NCBI GenBank assembly: GCA_040954595.2
Contig: CM082591.2
Coordinates: 1,043,882-1,107,881 of the forward strand
Direction of reading: 5' to 3'
Origin: Balanoglossus misakiensis
Lineage: Eukaryota > Animalia > Hemichordata
Length of the DNA: 64,000 nucleotides
A program made the translations under genes and the position numbers. Numbering within the stretch: position 1 is the stretch's first letter; every line of letters starts with the position of its first letter. Below, piece by piece: positions 12,301 to 24,858 of the stretch. The notes beneath the pieces are model-generated. The model did not search any database and had not been told where the DNA came from. It saw nothing but the letters and a program-made list of their open reading frames with translations.

Positions 12301-14494
12301 AATAGGCAATAAAAACAATTATATGAAATTAATCATACTGATTGCAAACTGCTTTGATCTGCTGTCAATCAACAAAGCCATCAATTACAACATATGTCAA
12401 ACTGTGGTCCCTATAGAATTTCTGATTTTTGTGACTTTTTCATTTCCACTGAAAAAATGAAGACACCCTTTCATATACACGTAGAGGCTAACTTCAAACC
12501 CACCCCTCAACAATTCCAAATCTGCGGAAAAGAGGCACCACTCTCACGCTGCCATTCTGGATGGAACACTGGGAATTATACATACACATTTTAACACAAG
12601 TGAATCCTGGCATGGCATTAAAACCAATTTTAATACCAATATCTAATTTTCACTTCTGCTGCACTCAGATAAACCGGCACCAATGAAACAGTGTAAAGGA
12701 TGTTATATCAGCTATCTGATTCTCGGTATTCATTTTCACATCTCATTTTCACAGTTATTCTGATCATAAACTTTCCATTAATTATACTTTGGGTAGTAAC
12801 CAAATTTTTGCAGAAGTGAGCCGATTAGCCAGAACAGACCTTCCCACAGCTAAGTGCTATGACCACACGGAGAAAAACCTCAGTTTCTCCCTTCTCTCAG
12901 AAAATCAACAAGTTGAGAGAATGCCGAGCTTAAGCCCAGGTTGCTGGAGACAACATAACAGTCGGTTTCAAATATAGTCACACTATTTTCAGTTTGTCAA
13001 CTCTGTTATCTGTGAAACATTGCTAAATTGTGAACGATATGTTACATTAAAATGCCTTTTTCTATGACTAGCTGGGCCCATGACATGAGTCTGGTGACAT
13101 ATTGCTTGTGGAAATCCCCGTTTTGTAAGCTGCGTCTAATTAGTATCGAGGCAAACAATCTAAAAATAGGCACACCTGATGTAATGATTAAAGGGGTATA
13201 GGCAATGCAGTCAACTCTGTTTCCATTTTGTTTTCTAATAAACAGATCTGTGCACAGACAAAAGGGCTATTGTTTATTTCTAAAGAAGAACCCACGTCAA
13301 GAAACATGGGTCTTAAATGTTATAATGTAATTGCTGTCAAACAATCAGAGTGGTCAATCATCATCATGAATAAATCATTACTGGATGTCATGCCCATATG
13401 CAAATTGCAAGCGACAAGTGGCGAGTGAACAGCGCCCCCAACGGTAAACAAATCGTGGGCAGCTATCAATTTTTAATGATGGATTTTTTCCAAGATTTAA
13501 TTATTATATTTCATGATTATTCCCGGACTTTACAAGTCATTATTCTGGAACACGCAAGGACATTCCAGACAATTTTAAATTCCATGGCAACAGATGCAGC
13601 AGACAGACTGTCATTCGCTTTATAATATCACAAATGTGATTTTAATGTCAAGTTTATTAGTATGAAGCTCAAAACCCTCAATACAGAGATTGTAGAATGA
13701 AAAGTTTATTCTTGCGTAAAGGAGAAATGAAAGGGGAACCGCGATGTTCCCTTTGTATATTCTGCTGTATATAAATTATTATTGGAAAAAAGGGTTTTAA
13801 GACTGTGAAAATTTTCTCGAGCTTTGAACTTTTGCAAACATTTGTTGACGTAAGGCTGCAGCAATAATCTTAATTTTGGGGTAGAAATCAATGAAATAAT
13901 TATTTCTCTAGAAATAATAATAAACAAAAAAAAACAGAACATAATATACATTTCACAAAGGACTGGTATATTTCTGATTCGGAAGATCAAATTTGGAAAT
14001 TAAAATAATATCCAGCTTGAAAATGAAACAGTTTCAACAAAAAAAGATTTTCATACAGAGAATAAGCAAAGAAATAATAAATCATAAAACATTAACTTTT
14101 CAGTGCAAGAGAAAAAAAAATAAAGTGAACAAATGAAAAGTGATGAAAAGCTTCTCTTTAAGTAAATGCAATGGAAAGTATTTTTAACCACAGAGATACA
14201 GTATTTCAGAGGGCAGGGGGTGTAGCTTATTCATGTGTGTGTAGAAATATCAAGTATGTGTCGCTGGACCAGAATTCACATCTATAATTTTTAGGTCTTA
14301 TGGTGTAAAGCATTTGTAACTCAAAAATATCATGTTTGTATATTTTACATTTCTGAATTCAAAACTTCTCTTTTGAAAGAACTTACTTGCAGTACTAACT
14401 CTTAACACTGCCATGTTACCAAACATGGCCACCAGGACTAACTTGGGACATCGTTCGACTTCGCTAGACACACAGGTTCCACATCTCCTACACA

Positions 14495-17400
14495 CTACCA
14501 GTCTGTTTCTCCGAACCTTTTGACGATTTTGGACTGAGTATCCAGGTCTTTCTGTACTTTCTTGCGCATGTAGAATATCGGACAGTCACGGCTGAAAACA
14601 AACAGAGTAAAGATATTTTTAGATATCTGAAAATGATTATCTGACCATAGAGGGCACTGGCCAAGATGGCAAACGGCTCAATCACAATTGCAACATAACT
14701 TGGAGTGAAAACAATTCAATACGCAAAAGTAATAATGATATTTGTTTGTTCTGGTATGCTGTATGTTGTAGGAATCCCTTGTGAAACAACTTACCTTGTA
14801 CAAAGCACATCTTCATGAAGACTGCCCTGACAACGTTGGCATTGTGTCCACAACCTGGCAAACTTCTCTTCAAATGCACTCAGCTGAGAAATCTACAAAA
14901 AATCATTCAAAATATACAGCATCCTGATATTGATTGATTTGCAGAAATAAAGCAGCTATGATATTAATAAATTCTATTGACGGCATACTTTTGTTTCACA
15001 TATGACAAACTGACAATTCAAGTCTTCCTTGTCTACACACACACACAGTGTCACATGTATACACCTGTATGCACACACACATATACATCCACATGCACAC
15101 ACACACCACACACATACATACATACATACCTCTTTCTGATAGAGCTCTGATTCCCTAGGTTTGCAGTGTCTGCATATAGCTGAGTTGCCCTTGTCCAACA
15201 ATGCCTTGCATCCAATGCAAGTTTCTCGTTTCTTTGTGAATGCAGACAATCCGCCTAATTTCGAGTGCACAACTGTCTTGGTGAGTGTGTGGTCACCCTC
15301 TGTAATGTAAACAAAATATTTCTGTCATGTAAGAAAACAAAAACAGAAAGATTAAATCAGACAGGAATGTTATGTGCAGAAATAATCATCTCTTGACTTT
15401 TGTATACTTACTGAGCAATACAGACTCTGCTTTACTTTCACCAAGGATCGGTTCAAATATTCTCAGAAGTGGTTTACTGAGTTGGTTCTCGAGGTAATAC
15501 TTGGTGTCAATGGGTACATTGTGTTCCAGCACGTAGATGGGATCCTGTGAATGGAAACAGTGATTTCTGGTTACCATGGTTATATTATAATGTAGTGTTA
15601 ACTACACAGGATATGCATTATTTGGAATTTACTGGTGATACCCAAGTTTTGTTAGATCTAATTAACAATTATCATGAGTACTATCTGGATGTTTTTTTAA
15701 AAACCAGTAACCACATTTTTTTTAGCTGTCATGATCAAATGCTTTATATCTTACCTCAGAGTTCATATAAGCTGCTGAACCCTTAACACCGGCGGTAATC
15801 ACATAAGGAACTCGGTCGCCGAGATGTGGTGCACTGCCTGGGTCACGCTTACGCATTCTGCAGAAAAACAAGAAATATTTTTACATGTAGGGAGGTATAA
15901 ATTTACTGTAAAGAAAAACATTTTATGATAGGGTAGGGGTTACCCCCTTGGTAAGAACACTGTTCTGAATCCCATTGTTTATAATGGAGTGGAGTGGAGT
16001 GGGGTAAACCATTGCACTAGGATATAGGGGTGGCAGGATTAAACCATCTTTACCTGGCAGCGAGTTCGACATGCGCCTGTTTGGCAGTATAATTATCTCC
16101 GGTCTTGGTTAATTCTTTCGTGATGACCAGCTGCGAAATATCAACTCTGTTGCATAACAAATCTGATATTGTCTGCTTTGCATGTTCAACGGCTCCATCT
16201 GGGTCCCTAAAACAAAAAAGAATGTCTCATGAAATTAAGAAAATTAATGGTACTCAAACTTCTGCATAACTTCACAAAACGATTTAATCTAACGACTTGA
16301 ATTCGCAGTAAATAACACGTTCGATTCTAAGCTAATCTGTTTCAAATATGAACTATTTTAAATGCTTCCTGCCACTGGAAAAAATGCATATGATTTTATA
16401 ACAATTACAAATCCTCTGTCTCTAATGGCCAAAAGTCCATTCAAGGAATACAGGGTGTCCATACCTTTCAATCAAAATCTTCTGTAGGCAGGTATTGATG
16501 AGGTTAGCCACTAAGGGGCTATTGTCTCTCCTGACTGTCTCGATGCCTTTACAATCCATCTTGTCATGTACGTCAGCTTTGGTGAAGTACAGACCAGCAT
16601 ATCGCTTCTTGTTGATTAGTAAGTATGGAAAGTACACCTGGGAGAATAATAAACAAAACAAAGTTAAACTAACAAATAAACAAACATACAGACAAACATA
16701 CAAAGTTCAATGTCACAATGTCTTGTTCACAGAGAGTTTTGAAGCCATGTGGAGATCTTTGGAAAACCAACTACGCATTCTAAAGGTTTTCTGAAGAAAT
16801 CCTGGGGCAGGATAAAAGGTAGATTTAAAAGCCAGAGGTGAAATTCCGAAGTACCTTTTCGAATTCTAACTTGATGGGTTTCACAAAATGACTGGTGATG
16901 TACTCTGCAGCCTCTTTGCCAAGTTCCATGCTATCAGCAACCGTCTCCACTCCAAATTTCACCATAACGGAATCTGTATCACCATAAATTACCTAGAAGG
17001 GTAAAAAATGATCATCATTTGAAGTTTCGAAGGAGAGTTTGAAACCAAATGTATCAGGGGTCAAACAAAAACAACGTAAATATCAAAAACGTTACTTTAT
17101 AAGTAATCATTCTCTCTTTCCACCGCTTGCAGGATTTGACACACACCTTTGCATCATGCTTGTACCCATTTGCAACAGTATATTTATCCTCCACAAGCTG
17201 CTTGGATCTTTCGATCATCTGTCGACCAAATGCTGTGACACTCTGAAACAACAAAGCCCGTAGTAAGTACAATTATGATACTCAAAAGCACTGGCAATGA
17301 CTGACGCATTTTGATTATGATCTCTGGAAATCAACCCAAGCAACTTGAGCATTACACTAACCTGTGATATTTCTAAACAAGGCAGTTTTCCGACTTGAGC

Positions 17401-20400
17401 TCCTGTGAAACCATACACAGAGTTGGCACTGATTTTCAGCGCTAACTGACGGCCATCCAACACTTTCTTACGGAAGGGATCGGTCTCCTGTTTCAGTTCA
17501 GCCTTTGCCCTGACAAAAATTAAACAGAATTCCTTAATATATAATAATAATAGTATAGATGAATCTGCATTTGGAGAATTGACAGATTTCAAGTGGACAA
17601 TGCAACAGGGATCTTGTAATTACAGTTCTTACCTTTTTCTAGCACTCAGCAAGTTTTCCAGAATTTCAGGCAGGAGACCTTTACGGAGGGAGTGTTTGAC
17701 AAAATAATTCCCAGATGGAGTCTTGATGTATTCCTCTGGTGAAAGCCTGAAAGGGAAGTATATAAAACAATTATACAATATGAACTAAAAACCATATAAG
17801 TATAGATTGACAATTAGATTATTAACTGTGTACATGAAATACACATTACAACTGGTGATGCATTATTGCCATCAATGCATTACGCGCAAATCACATATTA
17901 TTGAAAACTAGATTCTAGCTCACCTGCTCCGCATATCCTGAGATAACAAAGTAGTATAGCACAGATTATGCGCCATCATGATGGAGGGATACAAAGAAGA
18001 GAAATCAAGCGTTGTTATGGGCATGTCGTAATAACCTTTTGCGGGTTCTATGACGGTTGCTCCAGTGTAGTCTTCTCCAGCTTCTCCTTTGTGTGCTGGC
18101 ATCACCAAGTCTTGTTCTTTAGCCTGCAAAATTATACGAGTTCATTAAAAGGTACTGTAGCTGAAAGTTTTTTTTTTTTTCAGAGTTGATATCTGCAGGG
18201 GGAAGAGGGGGGTTGCCAAACAAATGACAGAAACATTGACGCCACAACCGAAGTGGAAAGGAAACATTATGACCGAGTGATGAAGGGTCCCCAACTCGCA
18301 ATCAGACGGTTGACACGGGGATGATGGATAAAACAAAAGATACATACTTTTCTGAGCAGCTGTGAGACAACTTTGATCTGTTGACCTCTGGATAACAGGT
18401 AACTAAGAGGAACACCAGTAACTCTGGCCATCTCCATGTAATTGATAACGCACATCAACTTCTCCAGCAATCGGAGAGGCAACATGGCGTCTTTAAGACA
18501 GTACACAGCAAGACGTCTTCTGGTCTGTTCATTGCCGTTCTGAAAACGAAAAAGATCACACATCAGACCGTGCGGTGAAAATCCATCGTGTAATCAAGAA
18601 TTCTTGTAATTTCTTCTATGCAGTATAATTTCTTTTCACTGTACTTGACAGCACATTCATGGTTAAGTGATGATGTTTAGGATATTTGTAGAGTAAGACT
18701 TTCTGGGATTAAAAATTGTTTTTTCGCAAGTATTGGTTTTATAAACCTGAGCGCCGTATATTCATTCCACCCCACTGATTCTTTAACTCACTTGTAGGTC
18801 TGTGATTATGGAGTGTTGAACGTCTTCTTTCTGTTCTTGTAAGAAATGAAAACTGACTGCGTTCAGGGTATAAGAACGCAGTTTGTAGTCACGAAAGAGA
18901 ATCTGAAACATCAGAAAAAAATTTAAAGTTAAAGGGGAATACGGTATACCCATAATTATGCATCTACTGGGGCTTTAAACCTTTCAACCCCAGTTCCCGT
19001 TTTAGACGTCCACCCTTACCATAGAAAACAATGAGTTTGGACTGAACCATAGTGGTGAAAGGGTTAAGTGGGACATGAAGCAAAGAGGGGAAAACGTACC
19101 AAGAGTAAATCAAACTGTATCCTGCCCTCGGTGTTGATAACTTTCATCTCTCTGGCACCCATCTGTTTAGATTGGAACTTTGTATCTCTCATAGTTGTCC
19201 TCATTTCTGGGATTCTGCCCAGGAATGGAAAACTGGAAATTTTCAAACTGGCTGCTCGGTTCAGGAGGTAAGGCAGATCGAAGTTTTGAATGTTGTAGCC
19301 GGTCAAGATGTCCGGGTCCACGGACTGAACGAACTCGCACCATGCCTGGAGAGAATAAACAACAAACATGTAAACAAACATTGGGCAAAACATGTAATGC
19401 GATGAATCTGTACAAGCTAACCAGGCGACAGATGCAATAGAAAGACTTAACAACAGTGGCAACCAGCTAACACTCAGTGGGCGACCCGTAGTCCCCCCAG
19501 TCTTAGCAAATCAGAAATGAACCCCTAGTAATAATCTGTACTTTACCTTGAGTAAATCTGATTCTTTGTTGAAAGAGAACACTTGACTGCCAACGATTGA
19601 TTGACAAGACTTCAAAGTGAAAACATTCCGGACAAAGGGGTTCTTCTCGCCTTGTCTAATCACCATGTTAGCAATCTGTATCACTGGGTCCTTCTCTGGT
19701 TCAGGGAATATACCTGGTGTGTGAAGAAACGATATCATTGGTGCCATACTTAATGGAATACAATCATTTCTGGTTTAAAAATCAGTGTCAGACTTTGTGT
19801 TGTGCTCAATAGGGAATTCAAACATTAAATATTCTACTGTTCTAAATTCCACAAAGTACTCATGGAATGCACATACCTTTCCTGCCAGCGCACTCGATGT
19901 CAAAACTGAGAATTCGGAACGGCGCCACTTTTTGCCATTCTCCCTCGGCTGGATAGCTGACGATCTGATCCCAAGCCACGTCTAGTTCTAGCTGACACTT
20001 TGACACCGGTCTTGGACCTTTGCTGTCATGACTACGCAGTCTGTAACTACCAGCTGGCACCTTAATCCAGTTACAGCCAACAACATCAGTGTCCACCATG
20101 AATCTGCAGACGATAAAAATTAAATGTTTGATAAAAATTGAAAATTTCAAATACATGTATAAAATTCGGGTGGTGGTAAACCATGCATATTTCAAGGCCT
20201 CATTGTTCAGTTTCAAACCACATCAGCTATGTTCTTATATTAATTATTCACTGTTCAGGGCCCAGGTCTTGGAATTGAGAATATAACCCCATGCTTCAGC
20301 CAATCAGAGGGCTGGTTTCACCTCACCTGATTTCAAAATCAATGTTGCTCTCATATGCCTGGTATCCTCTGTCTGTGAATGGAGGACACTGAAATCCTGT

Positions 20401-21547
20401 CTCCAAGATCCTCTTGCATGGGGCGATCAGTTTTGGCAACGCCATGGTGATCTTGAGAAATGGCAGGGACTTGTTGCCGTGGTAACCATAAATACCTACA
20501 GTGTGGATGAAGCAGAAAAATCCAAGGTTGGCGTGATGATAGTTTTCAAGTAAAGATTTGATATTTTGTTTCTTACATGTTTCTCAATTATTTTACATTA
20601 TGCTATAAATCATAATCTCAGTTTTACATGTGTGCCTGGAATTTTGGCACCCTTAGCTTTATACTCACTCTCTTTGATGCACATATCCACAGCCAGTACA
20701 GCTTGTGATATGTTAGCCTTATTTGACCTCATGTCATGGATAACCGCGGCATTCAGCCTGTTCTGGAAAACGGCACAATGCTCGCTCTTGAAATTGGCAG
20801 GTGCCGGAACATAGAAGTACGGAGCGAATCCATGAATGTGACAGAGTAAGCTGTTCTCTTCCATGGTGATGCCAAACATCCGGATAATTGGCACTGGTCC
20901 AAGGGTTGATCCTGGCATGCCAGACAGTGGTTGTCCTGGTGAAAGAAAAGATGTTACAGTCTTGCATAATGTTCTCCGAGAGATCACTGGCTCTTCTATA
21001 TCACGCAAACAAACATGATTGATACATTTTCTCAGAAAACAACTGAGAGAAAATACCTTGGTAGTGTTCGACATCAATTTGTTGAAAAGTGATGGAGTCT
21101 GTTTTGGGGTCAATATTTGGTGGAGGAGGTCTTGCCCATTTGCTTTTCAAGCTGTCGAGGTCGCAACCTGTAATACAAAAACCAAGGAAAGTAATGAGTG
21201 AAACATATCTTTCTACAAGTTTACTTACAGCACTGCAGAAATGGAACCACACTTTTTTTTGGTCTAATATCGCTACATGATGTATCAGCAGATTAGAAAA
21301 TAACTCTTGAATCGTAGTGTCAATTTCACTTACCATTCAGTACGCACTTAAAAGTCTGTATGGATGCACCAGATCCCTGTGAACTCTGACTGCCACCATT
21401 CTGGCTCTGGGCAAGTTCAGCCTCTACCTGCTCATAATATGCAAGCTCTTCTTCAAATGATACTGGGTCATCATCAATGTCCAGCTTGGATTTCTTACCA
21501 AAGCCACTGCTGCCTTGACTGGACGTGATTTTGCGTTTGGACTCCAT
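14495..21547 (-). CDS. POLD1: DNA polymerase delta catalytic subunit
   Basis: 21 coding exons: 21547-21334, 21167-21057, 20935-20669, 20495-20327, 20103-19877, 19713-19547, 19345-19100, 18902-18792, 18539-18348, 18123-17924, 17746-17633, 17509-17362, 17242-17147, 16992-16855, 16637-16465, 16206-16054, 15857-15755, 15544-15412, 15299-15130, 14892-14795, 14591-14495. They sum to 3327 nt (1108 aa). Motifs [54 protein letters not shown], CysA/CysB '[23 protein letters not shown]'. The non-coding first exon ends at 22015. Confidence 0.98.
15940..16042 (+). mobile_element. Degenerate copy of the 93-bp TTAA MITE in a POLD1 intron
   Basis: Retains 'cccattgttt' internally and 'ggggtggcaggattaa' at the end; interrupted by a (GGAGT)n expansion. 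Confidence 0.45.
18975..19067 (-). mobile_element. piggyBac-type MITE copy, reverse orientation, in a POLD1 intron
   Basis: TTAA...GGTGAAAGGGTTAA, 93 bp; reverse complement of 6298-6390 with a few substitutions. Confidence 0.85.
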
Positions 21548-22014
21548 CCTGTCAGAAAGCCAAGTTTACAATGTCCTCATTATATTAAGACTACATGTAT
21601 TTCATAAAAATGTCATCGTTGACAGAAAATTCAACAGAATGGGGAGCATATACGTACACGAAATCAACACTACAATATCCATGTGCAATAAATGTCCTAC
21701 AACCAAAGGCTAATATTTTTTTCATTCTGGAGCCAATTTATACGACACAACATAAGTTTTCCACACCATTTCTTTATTGGAGGGTTGGGGTTGTGCAAAC
21801 TACATTTTCACCAAACAAAAACCAATCATTTCGATGTTAGGATGTAGACTACATTGTGATGTGCATTGCAACTTGTGTTGAAAACGACACGTCATGAAAC
21901 GGGACAGTTTTTGTCAACATTCTCTGAACTCAGTAAATGTCTGTTCGCCTGAGCGTATAAAATATATAAGCCGCACAATATCAAACGTTTTGCTGCTTTT
22001 AATCATGAACTTAC

Positions 22015-22241
22015 CTTCTGCAAAGTCCTGGCACAACCAAGCAAGGTCAACACTTCCCCTTCGAAAACGGCGGGACTACACGCACGCCCACCTTCTATGA
22101 CAAGCCACCGGATTGGCTTCTTTCAACTATATGCTAAATAATGGGCCAATAGACTTCGTTGTAATACACACCCATGGCGGAATGCAATGTTTATATCCAG
22201 TTCATTTCCATGGTGTAACCTACGACCTGTCACATTGCATC
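22015..22241. promoter_or_regulatory. Compact bidirectional promoter of POLD1 and the WSCD-like gene
   Basis: POLD1 exon-1 donor at 22014 and sulfotransferase-like ATG at 22242. Minus strand reads GTCCCGC-N4-TTCGAA (22076-22060, E2F/CHR-like). CCAAT boxes at 22112 (ATTGG) and 22146. Confidence 0.6.
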
Positions 22242-23828
22242 ATGAATAGGCGACGTGTAAAGTATACGGCGATACTCCTGTCTGCTATTTCGGGTTTACT
22301 TTACATTTTCCACTACCACAATCGATCAAACCTTAGCAAAGAACTATACCGAGCTGGACAAAATTCACGATTATCTGAAGTCGAAAGTGTACAACTACCA
22401 AAGATCCAATGCAATGACGGTGTAACGTGGACCAAAGAGTCAGTGCCGATTACAGGTGAAATATACTAGTTAAGATCATGTTCATTTCATAAACGGAAAA
22501 CGTTTAGATTCTTTTTCTGGTATGACAGTAACTTAACAACCACTTTCTCATGGATAGTTTGAACGCGTGTCACGGTAGACGTGTCCGCACGACGCGAGAG
22601 TCGGAATTTTCATAAGCTGATGCAATGCAATGACTTGCTGATTTCCACTTACTGAATACAACAAAAGCCTAGCTGGCCTTGATATCGTGCAGAGATATTG
22701 TAAAAATGTGATGTGTCGCCCTGAACGGAAATGAAACAGACTGTTCCGAAAATATTCCTTCCCCTTTTTCCAGTAAACGTTTTTGCGCCCTGGGAAAAGT
22801 TTAATTTGTTGGGCAATCGGGAATTACACCAAAATAAAAGTAATTAATGAACGAAAATATTTACCGATTTGTTTTCAGGACTACTTGGAGCTCCAGGATC
22901 TGGGTTGCTATGGTTACGTGCAATAATTGAGCAGCTGACTGGTTATTATTCGGGAAGTGTTTATCAAGATTTTCCAAAAGAGTTCAAAGGTGAAGGCAAG
23001 AAAGATGGGGTGAGTTACAACTCTAAATTTCCATCCCCGCAAAAGAATGGATTCTTCCACTGACGAAATAGTTGTTGTTGTTGTTGTTTTTGTTGTTATT
23101 TACACAGGTACTTACAGTGATGTCATATGACGCGCACAGACTTCCTGAAATGCAGGCAGGCATTATTTTATATCGCAACATCAAAGACAGTGTTCAAAGT
23201 GACTACATTACCAGACAGTACTATTCCAGTCACTCAAACCAGAGTATTGATGATTTCAACGCAGATTATGATGGTAAAGTCTTTGTCATTTGCAAGATGT
23301 ACTTTATTCAGCTAACTTTTTACCACTTCTACTTTCGTGGATACCATGTTGAAATAACCTCTGATGCTTCACAAGGAAAAGCTTGTTTTTCTCTTTAATA
23401 TATAACAAAAAAAACAATTTTTGTTTCTTACAGTTGCAAGATGGAGAGAATTTATTCACCATAACATCAATGAGTGGGAAGAAACATATCGACTTTACTT
23501 TGGAGAAAAAATACCATATTTGGTAATTAAGTACGATAATCTCATCGACCCAGAAAAATTAAAATTTGAACTCTACAGGATTGCGCGTTACCTTGGCGTT
23601 CATCCGATGGATGATCTGATAGACTGCGTTTCGCAAAATGCCAGATATTTCAAGTTCAGGCCAGTGAAGTTGAACTTAAATTTTGACGCATACGACCTGT
23701 TGCTATGGGAAGATATCATCAAAATGGACAAGTTTGAGAAATACATCAAGCGTGTGGTGGATGAGATTTATGCCAAAGCTGACCCTTCACCGGTCGGACA
23801 AAACCAAGTGCTGCTGCCTGAGTCATAG
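22242..23828 (+). CDS. Type II membrane sulfotransferase-fold protein, WSCD1/2-like catalytic domain without WSC domains (~301 aa)
   Basis: Exons 22242-22455, 22879-23009, 23108-23273, 23434-23828, frame-consistent. N-terminal basic patch + TM 'MNRRRVKYTAILLSAISGLLYIF'. 'APGSGLLWLRAIIEQLTGYYSGSVY...FKGE' resembles WSCD 'FPGAGNTWxRHLIExATGxYTGSxY...FKGE'. Also 'IILYRN' and 'LVIKYDNL'. Confidence 0.8.
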
Positions 23829-24858
23829 TAATGAAAACAAAAGTTATTCAAGTCCTGTTGGTGGTGGCGCTGTTCAATATATGCGACCCTTTTACAGTAA
23901 TGTGTCGCAAATTTAGGATGTCTTGACAGTGGAGTTGAAATGATGTAATGCAGTCTTCCTAAAATATATATCACAAATTATAGTTTTTCATAATCACAGA
24001 GCTTCCTACATCGAAAAGTTAAGATTTTAAAAACATTTTCCAGTAGACAGTATGTTTTAATACCTAAGGATGTGCGATATTGTAATTTCTTTTAGCTGTT
24101 ATTTTTCAAATCTTCTTTCAAAAGAGTTTCTTGGACTTTGGTGCAAAGAAGCTTCCCTTCTTAAGAGCTTAAATCTATATATGGTCAAAACTAAGTACAT
24201 GTACATAATATATGCATATTTTTTATTGCAGCACAGCTGAATAACTTATATTTGCATGACATTTATCAATATATTTATGAAGTGTAGATGCATTGTGAGT
24301 ATATGGTGTATGTACAATGTACTTTCATGCATCATGGGATATTTTAGCCACACAAAATGTAATAAAATGATCATTATCTATACAACTTGTGTTCTACATG
24401 AATAAATTTATGTGGTGTGCCCGTGATATTGGTAATGTCTAAGCATGCATGTGATCAGGAGGTGTCAGATATGTTAAGGCCAATAAACTATATCAACGCG
24501 ACAATCTGCAATCCTAAACGACCAATGGAAATTACTTTCAACGTGTATAACGTCCGAGAGGTTCAATGAAGATTATGAGCCCATTTATAGCTTTACTGCA
24601 CACTTGGTATCATTTAACCTTGCCTGCCAATCGGTGAACTGAGCACCATTTAACGATGGCATTTTGGTTAATCAGTAACCTGCGAACACACAGGCGTAGG
24701 CAGTTAATACACCGACACAGAAATATTTCCCAGTTTAGTCTCCTGACGCAGATAACAAACACACTGGGTCTCTGCTGCTATCAATCTTTCAAATATCAAA
24801 CGTTTGAACTCCCGGAGACACACACAAACAGGACAAGACGTGACAAGGGGTTTACATC

